Assembly (NCBI GenBank): GCA_964247465.1
Contig: CAXTUT010000001.1
Location: forward strand, 1-48,413
DNA: 48,413 bases
From: an uncultured Caulobacteraceae bacterium
GTDB taxonomy: Bacteria; Pseudomonadota; Alphaproteobacteria; Caulobacterales; Caulobacteraceae
Reading direction: 5' to 3'
The notes beneath the pieces were generated by a model. That model made no database searches. It worked only from the letters and a program-made list of their open reading frames with translations, and was not told the origin of the DNA. This document shows, piece after piece, positions 1 through 11,116 of this stretch; within the stretch, counting starts at the first letter, position 1, and each line of letters opens with the position of its first letter. The position numbers were made by a program, and so were the translations under genes.

Positions 1-282
1 CAGGATGCCGAGGCGGCGGGCGCAGTCTTCCTGCGTCATCGTCCCGGCGGCGCAGTCACCACTCCACCCCTAATTTCCGATAATACATCTTCTGCGCATT
101 TCCTCCTTCGCCTGCTGGCGATCTGTGGGGTCACGGATCTGTCCTCGGCTCACGCCAGACGCCGCTCGCCCCTTTTCACGCAGACGGCTTAGGTTTCCTG
201 CGTCGACAAGACGGCGGCGGCGGCGCATCGGTCATGGCTCCGGCTGTCCCGTCGTGGCGAACGCGTCGGATCAGGATGTCCC

Positions 283-1200
283 TTGACCTCGACCACCCCT
301 TCGCCAGCCCTCACCCACCTGCAGCGCCTTGAAGCCGAAAGCATCCACATCCTGCGTGAGGTGGTGGCCGAGACCGAGCGCCCGGTGATGCTCTACTCGG
401 TTGGCAAGGACAGCGCGGTCATGCTGCACCTGGCGCGGAAGGCCTTCTATCCATCCGCACCGCCCTTTCCGCTGCTGCACGTGGACACCACGTGGAAGTT
501 TCGGGCCATGTACGAGATGCGCGACCGGATCGCGGCGCAGAGCGGCATGCAACTGCTCGTGCACCAGAACCCCGAGGCCAAGGCGCGCGGCGTCAATCCC
601 TTCGACCACGGCGCCCTGCACACCGACATGTGGAAGACGGAGGGGCTGAAGCAGGCGCTGGACCAGCACGGCTTCGACGCCGCGTTCGGCGGAGCGCGGC
701 GCGACGAGGAGAAGTCGCGCGCCAAGGAGCGCATCTTCTCCATCCGGTCGGCCAATCACCGCTGGGATCCCAAGACCCAGCGTCCGGAGCTCTGGCGGCT
801 CTACAACACGCGAAAGGCCAAGGGCGAGAGCCTGCGGGTGTTCCCGATTTCCAACTGGACCGAACTCGACGTCTGGCAATACATCCATCTGGAAGACGTC
901 CCTATCGTGCCGCTCTATTTTGCGGCCATGCGGCCCACGGTCGTGCGCGACGGCCTGATCCTGATGGTGGACGACCACCGCTTCCGGCTTAAGCCCGGCG
1001 AGACGCCGGTGCAGCGCTCCATCCGTTTCCGCACGCTGGGCGACTATCCCCTGACCGGAGCGGTGGAGTCCAAGGCCGCCACCCTGCCGCAGGTCATCCA
1101 GGAGATGCTGCTGACCACCACCAGCGAGCGCCAGGGCCGCGCCATCGACCACGACCAGGCGGCGTCGATGGAGAAGAAGAAACAGGCGGGCTACTTCTGA
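283..1200 (+). CDS. cysD: Sulfate adenylyltransferase subunit 2 (CysD/NodP)
   Basis: [18 protein letters not shown]-loop [45 protein letters not shown]-terminal [11 protein letters not shown]; TGATG overlap with next gene. Confidence 0.97.
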   Translation: MTSTTPSPALTHLQRLEAESIHILREVVAETERPVMLYSVGKDSAVMLHLARKAFYPSAPPFPLLHVDTTWKFRAMYEMRDRIAAQSGMQLLVHQNPEAKARGVNPFDHGALHTDMWKTEGLKQALDQHGFDAAFGGARRDEEKSRAKERIFSIRSANHRWDPKTQRPELWRLYNTRKAKGESLRVFPISNWTELDVWQYIHLEDVPIVPLYFAAMRPTVVRDGLILMVDDHRFRLKPGETPVQRSIRFRTLGDYPLTGAVESKAATLPQVIQEMLLTTTSERQGRAIDHDQAASMEKKKQAGYF

Positions 1201-3146
1201 TGACGGCTCTGGACCAGGCCCCGGTGGCGGCGAGCGAGGCCGGCGAGGCGCTAAACGCTTATGAGACCGACGCCCTGATCGCCCAGGACATCGACGCCTA
1301 CCTGGATCGCCACCAGCACAAGTCGCTGCTGCGCTTCATCACCTGCGGATCGGTGGACGACGGCAAGTCGACCCTGATCGGGCGGCTGCTCTATGACTCC
1401 AAGATGATCTTCGAGGACCAGCTTGCGGCGCTGCAGGCGGACAGCCGGCGCATCGGCACCCAGGGCCAGGAGATCGACTTCGCCCTGCTCGTCGACGGTC
1501 TGGCGGCGGAGCGCGAACAGGGCATCACCATCGACGTCGCCTACCGCTTCTTCGCCACCGACAGGCGCAAGTTCATCGTCGCCGACACGCCCGGCCATGA
1601 GCAATACACCCGCAACATGGTCACCGGCGCCTCCACCGCCGATCTGGCCGTCATCCTGATCGACGCGCGCAAGGGTGTGCTGACGCAGACGCGGCGTCAC
1701 AGCTATCTGGCGCATCTGCTGGGCATCCGGCGCTTCGTCCTGGCGGTGAACAAGATGGACCTGATCGGCTACGACCAGGCGCGCTTTGAGGAGATCGTCT
1801 CCCAATACCGCGCCTTCGCCAGCTCCATCGGCATCGAGGCGGTCACGCCCCTGCCGATCTCCGGCTTCAGGGGCGACAACGTCGCGTCGCGCTCGGCGAA
1901 CACGCCCTGGTACGACGGGCCGACACTGGTCGAGCACCTGGAGACGGTAGCCCTCGAGGACGGCGGCGACGCGGCCGGACCGTTCCGCATGCCCGTCCAG
2001 TGGGTGAACCGCCCCAACCTCGACTTTCGCGGCTTCTGCGGCCTGATCAGCGCCGGCGTGGTCAAGCCGGGCGACGCTGTGCGCGTCCTGCCATCGGGTC
2101 GCACGTCCACGGTCGCACGCATCGTCACCCTGGATGGAGACCTGGAGCAGGCGGTGGCGGGACAGTCCGTCACCCTGACCCTGGCCGACGAGATCGACTG
2201 CTCGCGAGGCGATGTGATCTGCGCCGCTGATGCGCCGGTCGAACTCGCCGACCAGTTCGAGACTACGCTGATATGGATGGCGGAGGAGGCCATGCTGCCC
2301 GGCCGCGCCTATCTGATGAAGCTGGCCGCCCAGACGGTTTCGGCCACGGTGCAGGGGCCGAAATACCAGGTCAACGTCAACACCATGGAGCACCTGGCCG
2401 CCAAGACGCTTGAGCTGAACGCGGTGGGCGTGGCCAACCTGTCCACCGATCGCCTCGTGGCGTTCGAGCCCTACGCCGACAGCCGCGATCTCGGCGGCTT
2501 CATCCTGATCGACAAGATCACCAACGCCACGGTGGCCGCGGGCCTGCTGCACTTCGCCCTGCGCCGCTCGCAAAACGTCCATTGGCAAGCGACCGATCTC
2601 GGCCGCGCCCATCACGCGGCGCTGAAGAACCAAAAGCCCGCGGTGCTGTGGCTTACGGGTCTGTCGGGTGCGGGCAAGTCCACAATCGCCAATCTGGTCG
2701 AGACCAAGCTGGCGCGTATGAACCGACACACCTTCCTGCTCGACGGCGACAACGTGCGCCACGGGCTGAACAAGGACCTGGGCTTCACGGATGCGGACCG
2801 GGTGGAGAACATCCGCCGCGTCGGCGAGGTGGCCAAGCTGATGACCGATGCGGGGCTGATCGTCATCACCGCGTTTATCTCGCCCTTCCGAGCCGAACGC
2901 GACATGGTGCGCGCGATGATTCCGGACGGCGAGTTCCACGAGATCCATGTTGACACGCCCCTGGCCGAGGCGGAGCGGCGCGACGTGAAGGGCCTCTACG
3001 CCAAGGCGCGCGCCGGCCAGCTCAAGAACTTCACCGGCATAGACAGCCCCTACGAGCCGCCGGAATATCCTGAGCTGCGCATCGACACCACGGCGATGAC
3101 GCCGGACGAGGCGGCTGAACTCATCGTGGACACGCTGATCCCATGA
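1200..3146 (+). CDS. cysNC: Bifunctional sulfate adenylyltransferase subunit 1 / adenylylsulfate kinase (CysNC/NodQ)
   Basis: GTPase motifs [25 protein letters not shown]; C-terminal APS kinase [32 protein letters not shown]. Confidence 0.97.
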   Translation: MTALDQAPVAASEAGEALNAYETDALIAQDIDAYLDRHQHKSLLRFITCGSVDDGKSTLIGRLLYDSKMIFEDQLAALQADSRRIGTQGQEIDFALLVDGLAAEREQGITIDVAYRFFATDRRKFIVADTPGHEQYTRNMVTGASTADLAVILIDARKGVLTQTRRHSYLAHLLGIRRFVLAVNKMDLIGYDQARFEEIVSQYRAFASSIGIEAVTPLPISGFRGDNVASRSANTPWYDGPTLVEHLETVALEDGGDAAGPFRMPVQWVNRPNLDFRGFCGLISAGVVKPGDAVRVLPSGRTSTVARIVTLDGDLEQAVAGQSVTLTLADEIDCSRGDVICAADAPVELADQFETTLIWMAEEAMLPGRAYLMKLAAQTVSATVQGPKYQVNVNTMEHLAAKTLELNAVGVANLSTDRLVAFEPYADSRDLGGFILIDKITNATVAAGLLHFALRRSQNVHWQATDLGRAHHAALKNQKPAVLWLTGLSGAGKSTIANLVETKLARMNRHTFLLDGDNVRHGLNKDLGFTDADRVENIRRVGEVAKLMTDAGLIVITAFISPFRAERDMVRAMIPDGEFHEIHVDTPLAEAERRDVKGLYAKARAGQLKNFTGIDSPYEPPEYPELRIDTTAMTPDEAAELIVDTLIP

Positions 3147-3907
3147 TGGCGGTTTCCACGCTCGATTCCTTGGACGACGCCGCCCTGGCCACAGCCATCG
3201 CGACCGTTGCGGGCGACCTGCTGCTGACGGTGCAGCGATGCGGCCTGTTCGACGGCGCCGCGATGGGCGTGATGGGCGACTTGCTGGCCAACGACGTCAT
3301 CCTCAAGGCGCTTTCGCAGCATCGCCCTGATGACCCGGTGCTCAGCGAAGAAGCCAAGGACGATCGCGTCCGATGCCGCAGCGCGCGGGTCTGGATCGTC
3401 GATCCGCTGGATGGCACGCGCGAGTTCGACGAAGGGCGCAGCGACTGGGCGGTGCACGTGGCGCTGGCTGTGGACGGACGCGCCGTCGTCGGAGCCGTCG
3501 CCCTGCCAAGTCTTGGCGTGACCCTGTCTTCAGCCGCGCCGCCTCCCCTGCCGTCGGCCAATACGCCTCCAAAGATGCTGGTCAGCCGCACGCGACCGGC
3601 GGCTGAGGCCCTGGCGGTGGCCAAGGCGCTGGGCGCCGAGCTTCTCCCCATGGGCTCCGCGGGGGCCAAGGCCATGGCCGTGGTGCGCGGCGAGGCCGAC
3701 ATCTACCTGCACTCCGGCGGCCAATACGAATGGGACAACTGCGCCCCCGCCGCCGTGGCGCAGGCGGCTGGCCTGCACGTCAGCCGCATCGACGGTTCGC
3801 CGCTGCGCTACAACCGCCTGGACCCGCTGCTGCCGGACCTGCTGATCTGCCGGCCTGAATACGCCGGTCCGGCGCTCGCGGAGGTCGCGCGGCTGACGTC
3901 CGCTTAG
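3143..3907 (+). CDS. cysQ: 3'(2'),5'-bisphosphate nucleotidase CysQ
   Basis: Inositol monophosphatase-family motifs [24 protein letters not shown]; ATGA overlap with cysNC. Confidence 0.92.
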   Translation: MMAVSTLDSLDDAALATAIATVAGDLLLTVQRCGLFDGAAMGVMGDLLANDVILKALSQHRPDDPVLSEEAKDDRVRCRSARVWIVDPLDGTREFDEGRSDWAVHVALAVDGRAVVGAVALPSLGVTLSSAAPPPLPSANTPPKMLVSRTRPAAEALAVAKALGAELLPMGSAGAKAMAVVRGEADIYLHSGGQYEWDNCAPAAVAQAAGLHVSRIDGSPLRYNRLDPLLPDLLICRPEYAGPALAEVARLTSA

Positions 3908-5280
3908 CCTGCCGCGGCGAACGCCGGAGACAGCCGGGCGGCCTTCAGGTTCTCCGCCACCAGAAACGCCAGCTCCAGCGCCTGATCCGCGTTCAGCCGT
4001 GGGTCGCAATGAGTGTGATAGCGGTGGGACAGCTCGTCCTCCGCCACCGCGCGCGCGCCGCCCAGGCATTCGGTGACGTTCTGGCCGGTCATCTCCAGGT
4101 GCAGGCCGCCAGGGTGCACGCCCTCGGCGCGGGCGATCTCCACGAAGGCGCGCACCTCCTTCAGGATGCGGTCGAAGGGACGCGTCTTGAAGCCGTTGGC
4201 GGCCTTGAGCGTGTTGCCGTGCATGGGATCGATGGACCAGACGACTTTCCGCCCGGCGCGTGCGGTGGCGCGCATCAGGGCGGGCAGCCGCGCCTCGACC
4301 TTGTCGGCGCCGAAGCGGCCGATCACCGTCAGCCGCCCCGCTTCGTCCTGCGGGTTCAGCGCATCGATCAGGCGCAGCAGCTCGTCAGGCTCCATCGACG
4401 GCCCGCACTTGCAGCCGATGGGGTTCTTGATGCCCTTCATGAACTCGACATGCGCGCCGTCCAGCCCGCGCGTGCGCTCGCCGATCCACAGCATGTGGGC
4501 GGAGGTGTCGAACCACTCCCCGCCCTGGCTGTCGACCCGGGTCATGGCCTCCTCGAAACCGAGCAGCAGCGCCTCGTGACTTGTGAACACCTCTACCCGC
4601 TTCAGGTCCGGGTGGGTGTCAGGCGTCACCCCGACGGCGGCCATGAAGGTCAGCGCCTCGCTGATCTTGTCGGTCAGCTCACGGTAGCGGGCCCCCAGTG
4701 GACTGTCGTCGATGAAGCCTTGGGTCCAATTATGGATGTTGTAGAGGTCCGCATACCCTCCCCCCGCATAGGCGCGCAGCAGGTTCAGGGTCGAGGCGGA
4801 CTGGCCGTAGGCCTTCACCAGCCGCTCGGGATCGGGCGTGCGCGAGGCGAGGTCGAAGTCCTGGCCGTTGATGTTGTCGCCGCGGTAGGACGGCAGGGTC
4901 ACCCCGTCGATGGTTTCGATCGGCTCCGAGCGCGGCTTGGCGAACTGGCCGGCCAGGCGGCCGACCTTCACCACCGGCTTGCCGCCGGCGAAGGTCAACA
5001 CCACCGCCATCTGCAGGATCAGGCGGAAGGTGTCGCGGATGTTGTCGGCGTGGAACTCGCGAAAGCTCTCCGCGCAGTCACCGCCCTGCAGCAGGAAAGC
5101 CTCGCCCTTGGCCACCTGCCCAAGCAGGCCCTTCAGCCGCCTGGCTTCGCCCGCGAACACCAGCGGCGGCATGGCGCGCAGCCGATCCTCGATCGCGAAC
5201 AGCGCGTCCGCATCGGGATAGTCCGCGGGGATGTGCTTGGCGGGTTTGGCGCGCCAGCTGGCGGGGGTCCAGCGCTGCAT
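3904..5280 (-). CDS. Class II 3-deoxy-7-phosphoheptulonate (DAHP) synthase
   Basis: [48 protein letters not shown]. Confidence 0.96.
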   Translation of the reverse strand: MQRWTPASWRAKPAKHIPADYPDADALFAIEDRLRAMPPLVFAGEARRLKGLLGQVAKGEAFLLQGGDCAESFREFHADNIRDTFRLILQMAVVLTFAGGKPVVKVGRLAGQFAKPRSEPIETIDGVTLPSYRGDNINGQDFDLASRTPDPERLVKAYGQSASTLNLLRAYAGGGYADLYNIHNWTQGFIDDSPLGARYRELTDKISEALTFMAAVGVTPDTHPDLKRVEVFTSHEALLLGFEEAMTRVDSQGGEWFDTSAHMLWIGERTRGLDGAHVEFMKGIKNPIGCKCGPSMEPDELLRLIDALNPQDEAGRLTVIGRFGADKVEARLPALMRATARAGRKVVWSIDPMHGNTLKAANGFKTRPFDRILKEVRAFVEIARAEGVHPGGLHLEMTGQNVTECLGGARAVAEDELSHRYHTHCDPRLNADQALELAFLVAENLKAARLSPAFAAAG

Positions 5281-5318
5281 GGAAACGGGAGCCGATCTGA
5301 AAACCTGGTGGGACGCCT

Positions 5319-5347
5319 GATATAGGCTTGGCGCGCCATCTGAGCAA
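5319..5347 (-). promoter_or_regulatory. Putative housekeeping sigma70-type promoter of the DAHP synthase gene
   Basis: Minus strand TTGCTC-N17-TATATC ending about 40 nt upstream of the ATG. Confidence 0.5.
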
Positions 5348-5527
5348 AAGCTTACCGGATGACGCCGCGCCGCTATGATGCGATAAATCTGGCGGATGGC
5401 GCGCGCGAACTCCGCCGTCAGGTCGCCGCGAACGAGGCTCGGCTAGGGCTGCCTTCGGCTGCACGCGTCGGCAGGCTCGTCGTAATCCACTCTTGAGCCT
5501 GAACGCCGGACGCAGCTTGCGCCACGC

Positions 5528-6913
5528 CTACTCCGCAGCGATCAGCTCGGCGGGCGTGAACTTCTCGCGCAGGGTCACCAGCTCCTCAGCGGCGGAGGGA
5601 TGGAGCGCGCAGGTGGCGTCCCACTGCGCCTTGGTCAGCCCCGCCTTCACCGCGATCGCGGCGAGCTGGATCATCTCCGGCGCGTCGGGCCCCACGATGT
5701 GGCAGCCGACGACGGCTCCGCTGTCGGGACAGACTACAAGCTTCATCAGCGTCTGTTCGTCATCGCCGGCAAAGGCGGTTCTCATGGCGCGGAAGGTGGT
5801 GCGGTAGACGTCCACCCGTCCGAGCTTGTGGCGCGCCTCGGCCTCGCTCAGGCCGACCACGCCCGTCGGCGGCTGGGAGAAGACGGCGGTGGGAACGTCG
5901 GCATGGTCGAACTTGGTCGGCCGGCCATAATAGACCGTCTCGGCGAAGGCGGCGGCTTCGCGGATGGCGACCGGCGTCAGGTTCATCCGGTCGGTGACGT
6001 CGCCTACCGCAAAGATGTGAGGCACGTTGGTCTGGGAGAACTCGTCCACGGCGATCGCACCGCCTGCGTTCAGCTTCACGCCTGCGGCTTCGAGGCCCAG
6101 CCCCTTCACGTGCGGCTCACGACCCACGGCGAACATGACCTGCTCGCTCTCGCACACCATCGAGTCGGTCAGGTGGCTGCGGAAGCCGCCGTCCACCTTC
6201 TCGATGCGTTCGTGCTGGCAGGCCAGTGCCACCTTCAGCCCGCGCTTCTTCAGTTCCCCGGCCACATGGGCGCGCACATCTTCATCAAAGCCGCGCAGCA
6301 GGTTGGAGCCGCGATAGGCCAGCGTCACGTCCACGCCGAGACCGTGGAAGATGCAGCCGAACTCCACCGCGATATAGCCGCCGCCAACGATCAGGATCGA
6401 CTTCGGCAACCGCTCGAGGTGGAAGGCCTCTTCGGAGGTGATCGCCATCTCCGCGCCGGGAACGTCGTCGGGCAGGCGCGGCCGGCCTCCGGTGGCCACC
6501 AGGATGCGTTCAGCGGTGACCGTCTTGCCCAGACCGGGCATCTCAAGGGTATGAGGGTCCACGAAGCGGGCCGTCACCTGGAACAGGTCGGCGCCGGCCT
6601 TCCTCAGGTTGGCGGTGTAGGCGCCCGACAGGCGCGCGATCTCCATGTCCTTGGCGGCCAGGAAGGTCGGCCAGTCAAAGCTCAGACCCTCGCCGCCGCT
6701 CCAGCCGTAGCCCTTGGCGATCTCGAAGTCGCGCGCGAACCCGGAGGCGTAGACCATCAGCTTCTTGGGCACGCAGCCCCGGATCACACAGGTGCCGCCC
6801 ACCCGATACTCCTCGGCGACGGCGACGCGTGCGCCCGTCATGGCCGCCAGCCGCGCCGCCCGCACGCCGCCCGAGCCCGCGCCGATGACGAAGAGGTCGT
6901 AGTCGTAGGCCAT
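5528..6913 (-). CDS. gor: Glutathione-disulfide reductase
   Basis: GAGSGG FAD site, redox motif GGTCVIRGCVPKK, GGGYIAVE NADPH site, HPSAAEE. Confidence 0.96.
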   Translation of the reverse strand: MAYDYDLFVIGAGSGGVRAARLAAMTGARVAVAEEYRVGGTCVIRGCVPKKLMVYASGFARDFEIAKGYGWSGGEGLSFDWPTFLAAKDMEIARLSGAYTANLRKAGADLFQVTARFVDPHTLEMPGLGKTVTAERILVATGGRPRLPDDVPGAEMAITSEEAFHLERLPKSILIVGGGYIAVEFGCIFHGLGVDVTLAYRGSNLLRGFDEDVRAHVAGELKKRGLKVALACQHERIEKVDGGFRSHLTDSMVCESEQVMFAVGREPHVKGLGLEAAGVKLNAGGAIAVDEFSQTNVPHIFAVGDVTDRMNLTPVAIREAAAFAETVYYGRPTKFDHADVPTAVFSQPPTGVVGLSEAEARHKLGRVDVYRTTFRAMRTAFAGDDEQTLMKLVVCPDSGAVVGCHIVGPDAPEMIQLAAIAVKAGLTKAQWDATCALHPSAAEELVTLREKFTPAELIAAE

Positions 6914-6991
6914 GGGCGTCCTCGCGCGGCCCTAAGCCGGACCCAGCGCTCTTATAGGTAAAGCCGGGCAGGGTGAGAATGCCGAAGCGGC

Positions 6992-7687
6992 TCAGCGATC
7001 CAATCGTCTGACGCCGTGCGCCTCCGCCACCAGCGCGGTATGCGCCAGGCCTAGGAACAAGCCGTGCTCCACCACGCCGGTGACCATCTTCAAGCCACGG
7101 GCCAGACGTACGGGATCAGCGATCTCCCCGCAGGCGAGATCGTAGACGACGTTGCCGCCGTCGGTGAAGACAGGCGCACCGTCGTGCATCCTGAGCGCCG
7201 GCGCGGCGCTGACGCCTGCGTCAAGGGCCGCCGCGGCGATCCTCACCGCCGTCGTGACGTGGCCGAACGCGACCACCTCCACCGGCAGCGGGAAGCGGCC
7301 GAGCCTTGGCGCCAGCTTGGAGGCGTCCGCAAGCGCCACGCAGCGACGCGAAGCCTCCCAGACCAGCTTCTCCCGCAGCAGCGCGCCGCCGCCGCCCTTG
7401 ATGAGCGCCAGGTCGGGTCCGATCTCGTCGGCGCCGTCGAGCGTGAGGTCGATCTCACCAGCCTCTTCCAGCGTCACGAGCCGAAGGCCGACCTCTCGCG
7501 CGAGCCGCTGTGTGGCGTGCGAGGTCGCCACGCAGCGGAGGGCCAAACCCTCGCTCGAAGCGCGGCGAGCCAGGGCGCGCACCATATGCGCAGCGGTCGA
7601 GCCGGTGCCCAGGCCCACCGTCATGCCGGTCAAGACAAGCGCCGCGCCCGCCTCGCCCACCGCACGTTTCTGATCTTCTGCGCTCAC
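6992..7687 (-). CDS. rpiA: Ribose-5-phosphate isomerase A
   Basis: [32 protein letters not shown]; start re-called to GTG 7687, which overlaps the glmU TGA (GTGA). Confidence 0.95.
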   Translation of the reverse strand: MSAEDQKRAVGEAGAALVLTGMTVGLGTGSTAAHMVRALARRASSEGLALRCVATSHATQRLAREVGLRLVTLEEAGEIDLTLDGADEIGPDLALIKGGGGALLREKLVWEASRRCVALADASKLAPRLGRFPLPVEVVAFGHVTTAVRIAAAALDAGVSAAPALRMHDGAPVFTDGGNVVYDLACGEIADPVRLARGLKMVTGVVEHGLFLGLAHTALVAEAHGVRRLDR

Positions 7688-9054
7688 GGTCGGCGGCTCC
7701 GGGCGGCGAGCTTCATGGCCCGGAAACGGGCGGCCCACCCGGGCTTGTCCACCTGCGCGCTCCGCTCCAGCGACAGGGCGTCGTCGGGAACGTCGCGGGT
7801 GATCACCGAGCCTGATCCCGTTATCGCGCCAGCGCCGATCCGCACCGGCGCCACCAGCGCGGTGTCCGATCCCACGAACGCGCCCTCCCCCACCTGCGTC
7901 CAGTGCTTGTCGAAGCCGTCGTAATTGCAGAAGATCACGCCGGCCCCGATGTTGGCTCGCGCGCCGACCTCGCCGTCGCCGAGGTAAGCGAGGTGGTTGG
8001 CCTTGGCGCCCTGTCCCACCGCCACGTTCTTCACCTCGACGAAGTTGCCGATGTGGGCGTCCTCGCCGATGTGGGCGCCGGGCCGAAGGCGCGCGTAGGG
8101 TCCCACCACCGCGCCGGCGCTGACGTCGGCGCCCTCCAGATGGCTGAAGGCGCGGATCGAGGCGCCGCTTCGAACCACCACGCCGGATCCGAACACCACG
8201 TAGGGTTCCACCGTGGCGCCACCCTCAACCACCGTATCGTGCGAGAAGATCACCGTCTGCGGCGCGGCCATGGCCACGCCTTCGGCGAGAGCGCGGTCGC
8301 GACGGTCGCGCTGCCACTGCGCTTCGGCGCAGGCGAGTTCGGCTTGAGAGTTGACGCCGAGAACCCTCGCTTCATCCGCCAGGACCACAGCCACGCTCAG
8401 AGCCCGACTCCGAGCTAGGCCGACCACGTCGGTCAGGTAGTATTCGCCCTTCGCATTGGCGTTCGTCACGGACGTAAGAAGTCCAAAGAGGAGACTAGCC
8501 TGACCGCATATCACGCCCGAATTACATAGACTTATGGCAAGTTCCTCAGCGGTCGCGTCCTTGGCTTCCACAATGCGGTCGAGGCCGCCGTCCGGTCCCA
8601 GCACCAGCCGTCCGTAGGCGCCAGGCTCTGCCGCCTCGAAGCCAAGAACGGCCAGCGCCACCCCCGTACCCAGCGTGCTGAGGAGAGCGGCGACCACGCC
8701 CGCATTCAGCAGCGGCGTATCCGCATAAGTGACGACCAACTCACCTTGGAAATTGGCTAAGGCGGCTTCGGCCGCGCGGACCGCGTGGCCGGTCCCGAGG
8801 GGAGGATCCTGGATGGCGACGGCGTCCTCGCCCAACCGGGCTCGAACGTGGGCCGCCACCTGAGGAGCATGGGGGCCGGCGACCACTACGATGCGGTCTG
8901 CGTCGAGATGCTCAGCCGTGTCGATGGCGAGGTCGAGCAGCGTGCGGCCGGCCAAACGATGCAGGACCTTCGGCGTGGGAGACCGCATGCGCGTGCCCTG
9001 CCCGGCGGCCAGGATGACCATAGCGCGTGAAGGCGACGGAACGGGATCGGCCAA
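7684..9054 (-). CDS. glmU: Bifunctional UDP-GlcNAc pyrophosphorylase / glucosamine-1-phosphate acetyltransferase
   Basis: [40 protein letters not shown] and hexapeptide repeats; start re-called to TTG 9054 with AGGAG 6 nt upstream. Confidence 0.95.
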   Translation of the reverse strand: MADPVPSPSRAMVILAAGQGTRMRSPTPKVLHRLAGRTLLDLAIDTAEHLDADRIVVVAGPHAPQVAAHVRARLGEDAVAIQDPPLGTGHAVRAAEAALANFQGELVVTYADTPLLNAGVVAALLSTLGTGVALAVLGFEAAEPGAYGRLVLGPDGGLDRIVEAKDATAEELAISLCNSGVICGQASLLFGLLTSVTNANAKGEYYLTDVVGLARSRALSVAVVLADEARVLGVNSQAELACAEAQWQRDRRDRALAEGVAMAAPQTVIFSHDTVVEGGATVEPYVVFGSGVVVRSGASIRAFSHLEGADVSAGAVVGPYARLRPGAHIGEDAHIGNFVEVKNVAVGQGAKANHLAYLGDGEVGARANIGAGVIFCNYDGFDKHWTQVGEGAFVGSDTALVAPVRIGAGAITGSGSVITRDVPDDALSLERSAQVDKPGWAARFRAMKLAARSRRP

Positions 9055-9154
9055 GGGCGGCTCCTTGAAGACGCGAGCCGCGACCCGGCTTGTGCGCCCG
9101 GGCGATCTAGCCCAAAGCCCGCCGGCTTTCGACCTCCACATGCGAGACCGCCTC

Positions 9155-9934
9155 ATGTCAGCGCCCGCAGCGCCGCCTGCCCGTCCACCCGTCGCCGCGC
9201 TTGCGGTGGGGAGCCTGGCGGGGACGACGATCGCCTTCGATCTCGACGGCACCCTGGTCGATACGGCGCCCGATCTGGTCGGCGCCTTGAACGTAGTGCT
9301 GGGCGAACGCGGACTTGCGCCAGCCCCGCGGGACGCAGCGGGCTTCCTGGTCGGCAAGGGCGCGCGCGCCCTGATCGCTCGTGGCTTCGCGCTCGCCGGC
9401 GAACCGCTGGACGACACGGAGGTCGGCGGACTGGTCGAACGGTTCGTCGAAGCCTACCGCGCGCGGATCGCCAGCGAAAGCCAGCCCTTCGAGGGCCTTT
9501 GCGACGCTCTGACAGACCTCGCCGATGCGGGCGCGCGGCTCTGCGTGTGCACCAACAAGCGGACCGACCTGTCGCTCGCCCTTCTGGATGCGCTGGGTCT
9601 CACTTCGCGCTTCGTCTCGATCACCGGATCGGACAGGGCGCCCAAGCCAAAGCCGGACGCCAGCCACTTCCTGGCCGCCATCGCCCAGGCCGACGGCGAC
9701 CCCCGGCGCGCCCTGATGGTGGGCGACAGCGACAACGACGTCCTGTCCGCCCACCGCGCCGGCGCGCCTGTGGTGGTGGTGAGCTTCGGCTACACCGACG
9801 TTCCAGCTTCGGAACTGGGCGCGGACGCGTTGATCACCCACTTCGCCCAACTGCCCGCTACGGCCCTTCGCTTGCTCGCGTCCGGCGAGCCCTTGCCGCT
9901 CGTTGGGGCCTCCGCTATAGCGACGCCTTCCTGA
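9155..9934 (+). CDS. gph: HAD-family hydrolase, phosphoglycolate phosphatase-like
   Basis: [26 protein letters not shown] motifs; divergent from glmU; exact start uncertain (9140 or 9155). Confidence 0.85.
   Translation: MSAPAAPPARPPVAALAVGSLAGTTIAFDLDGTLVDTAPDLVGALNVVLGERGLAPAPRDAAGFLVGKGARALIARGFALAGEPLDDTEVGGLVERFVEAYRARIASESQPFEGLCDALTDLADAGARLCVCTNKRTDLSLALLDALGLTSRFVSITGSDRAPKPKPDASHFLAAIAQADGDPRRALMVGDSDNDVLSAHRAGAPVVVVSFGYTDVPASELGADALITHFAQLPATALRLLASGEPLPLVGASAIATPS
9893..9921 (+). promoter_or_regulatory. Putative sigma70-type promoter of tRNA-Val inside the gph 3' end
   Basis: TTGCCG-N17-TATAGC (GCTATAGC context) ending 37 nt before the tRNA. Confidence 0.6.
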
Positions 9935-9957
9935 CGCACCGGCCTCTTCGGCCCGGC

Positions 9958-10032
9958 GGACGCGTAGCTCAGCGGGAGAGCATCGCCTTCACACGGCGGG
10001 GGTCGTAGGTTCAATCCCTACCGCGTCCACCA
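9958..10032 (+). tRNA. tRNA-Val (anticodon CAC)
   Basis: Acceptor stem GGACGCG/CGCGTCC, D arm TAGCTCAGCGGGAGAGC, anticodon arm TCGCC-TTCACAC-GGCGG, T arm GTAGG-TTCAATC-CCTAC, encoded ACCA end; 75 nt. Confidence 0.96.
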
Positions 10033-10060
10033 CGGCCCTGGTCGTAGGCCTTCTCGTCGC

Positions 10061-10258
10061 TCACGCCAGGACGGCCGCGACAAAGCCCGCGGCGGCCAGG
10101 GCGACCAGCGTCTTCTTCACCGCATAATACCGCCGGCGATCACGCGCCTTCCGCCGCTTGCCAAACTGCAGCAGCCCGTTCAGTCGGCCATAGAGCCGGT
10201 TCAGCGCGCCGACCGGCTTGCCGTTCTGGGTCGCCGTCGCCGCCATCAGGGTGCGCAT
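10061..10258 (-). CDS. Small hypothetical protein, basic core with C-terminal hydrophobic segment
   Basis: 65-aa ORF filling the gap between tRNA and GST; KRRKARDRRR followed by TLVALAAAGFVAAVLA. Confidence 0.5.
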   Translation of the reverse strand: MRTLMAATATQNGKPVGALNRLYGRLNGLLQFGKRRKARDRRRYYAVKKTLVALAAAGFVAAVLA

Positions 10259-10358
10259 GAGTTCGTGCTAGCCGGCTGCAACCCAGGACGTTGACCTGGA
10301 CGGCGCCGGCGGACTAGCTGCGATGGCAGGCGTCCCACCGCCCTGCCGGAGTTCGCCC

Positions 10359-11033
10359 GTGCTTATCGTCCACCATCTCAACAACTCGCGATCCCAGCGC
10401 GTCCTGTGGCTGCTGGAGGAGCTGGACGTCCCCTACGAGGTGAAACGCTACGAGCGCAACGCCGAAACCATGCTTGCGCCGCCGGAGCTGAAGCAGGTCC
10501 ATCCCCTCGGCAAGAGTCCAGTCATTACCGACGACGGGCGCACGATCGCCGAGACGGGCCTCATCATCGAATACGTCTGCGATCGCTACGGCGCCGGTCG
10601 GCTTGCACCGGCCAAGTCGGCAGGGCCGGATAGCGCCGAACGGTTGCGGTGGCTCTACTGGCTGCACTACGCCGAAGGCTCCGCCATGCCGCCGCTGGTC
10701 ATGAAGCTGGTGTTCGGCGTGATGCCGCAACGCTCGCCGGCGCTGATGCGGCCGCTCGTGGCCATGATCTCCGCCCGGGCGCAGCAGGGTTTCATCGATC
10801 CGCAGCTGAAGCTGCACATGGACTTCTGGGAGGGCGAACTGGCGGGCAGCGGCTGGTTCGCCGGGCCGGCCTTCAGCGCCGCCGACGTGACGATGAGCTT
10901 TCCCATCGAGGCCGCCGCCTCGCGGGTCGGGTTCGATACGCGCCCCAGGCTGCAGGCTTTTCTGAAGGCCATTCATGCCCGCCCCGCCTATCAGCGTGCG
11001 CTGGAGCGCGGGGGACCCTACGCCTACGCGTAA
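10359..11033 (+). CDS. Glutathione S-transferase family protein
   Basis: HHLNNSRSQRVLWLLEEL, VHPLGKSPVI, HYAEGSAMPPL; start re-called to GTG 10359 behind GGAG. Confidence 0.93.
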   Translation: MLIVHHLNNSRSQRVLWLLEELDVPYEVKRYERNAETMLAPPELKQVHPLGKSPVITDDGRTIAETGLIIEYVCDRYGAGRLAPAKSAGPDSAERLRWLYWLHYAEGSAMPPLVMKLVFGVMPQRSPALMRPLVAMISARAQQGFIDPQLKLHMDFWEGELAGSGWFAGPAFSAADVTMSFPIEAAASRVGFDTRPRLQAFLKAIHARPAYQRALERGGPYAYA

Positions 11034-11116
11034 GGCCTGATCTGCGGCTCAGCTGGCGACCTTGCGTTCACCTCTGTTAGCGTCATCCGACGCCGCGTTC
11101 GGCCAAGGAGGTCTTC

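Noticed and set aside
1-39. Minus-strand MTQEDCARRLGIL, resembling the start of a helix-turn-helix protein
   Set aside because: Only 13 codons before the window edge and no clear RBS; cannot be supported.
8518-8545. dif-like CATAA...TATGT in glmU
   Set aside because: Spacer is 2-3 bp instead of 6, and it lies in coding sequence.
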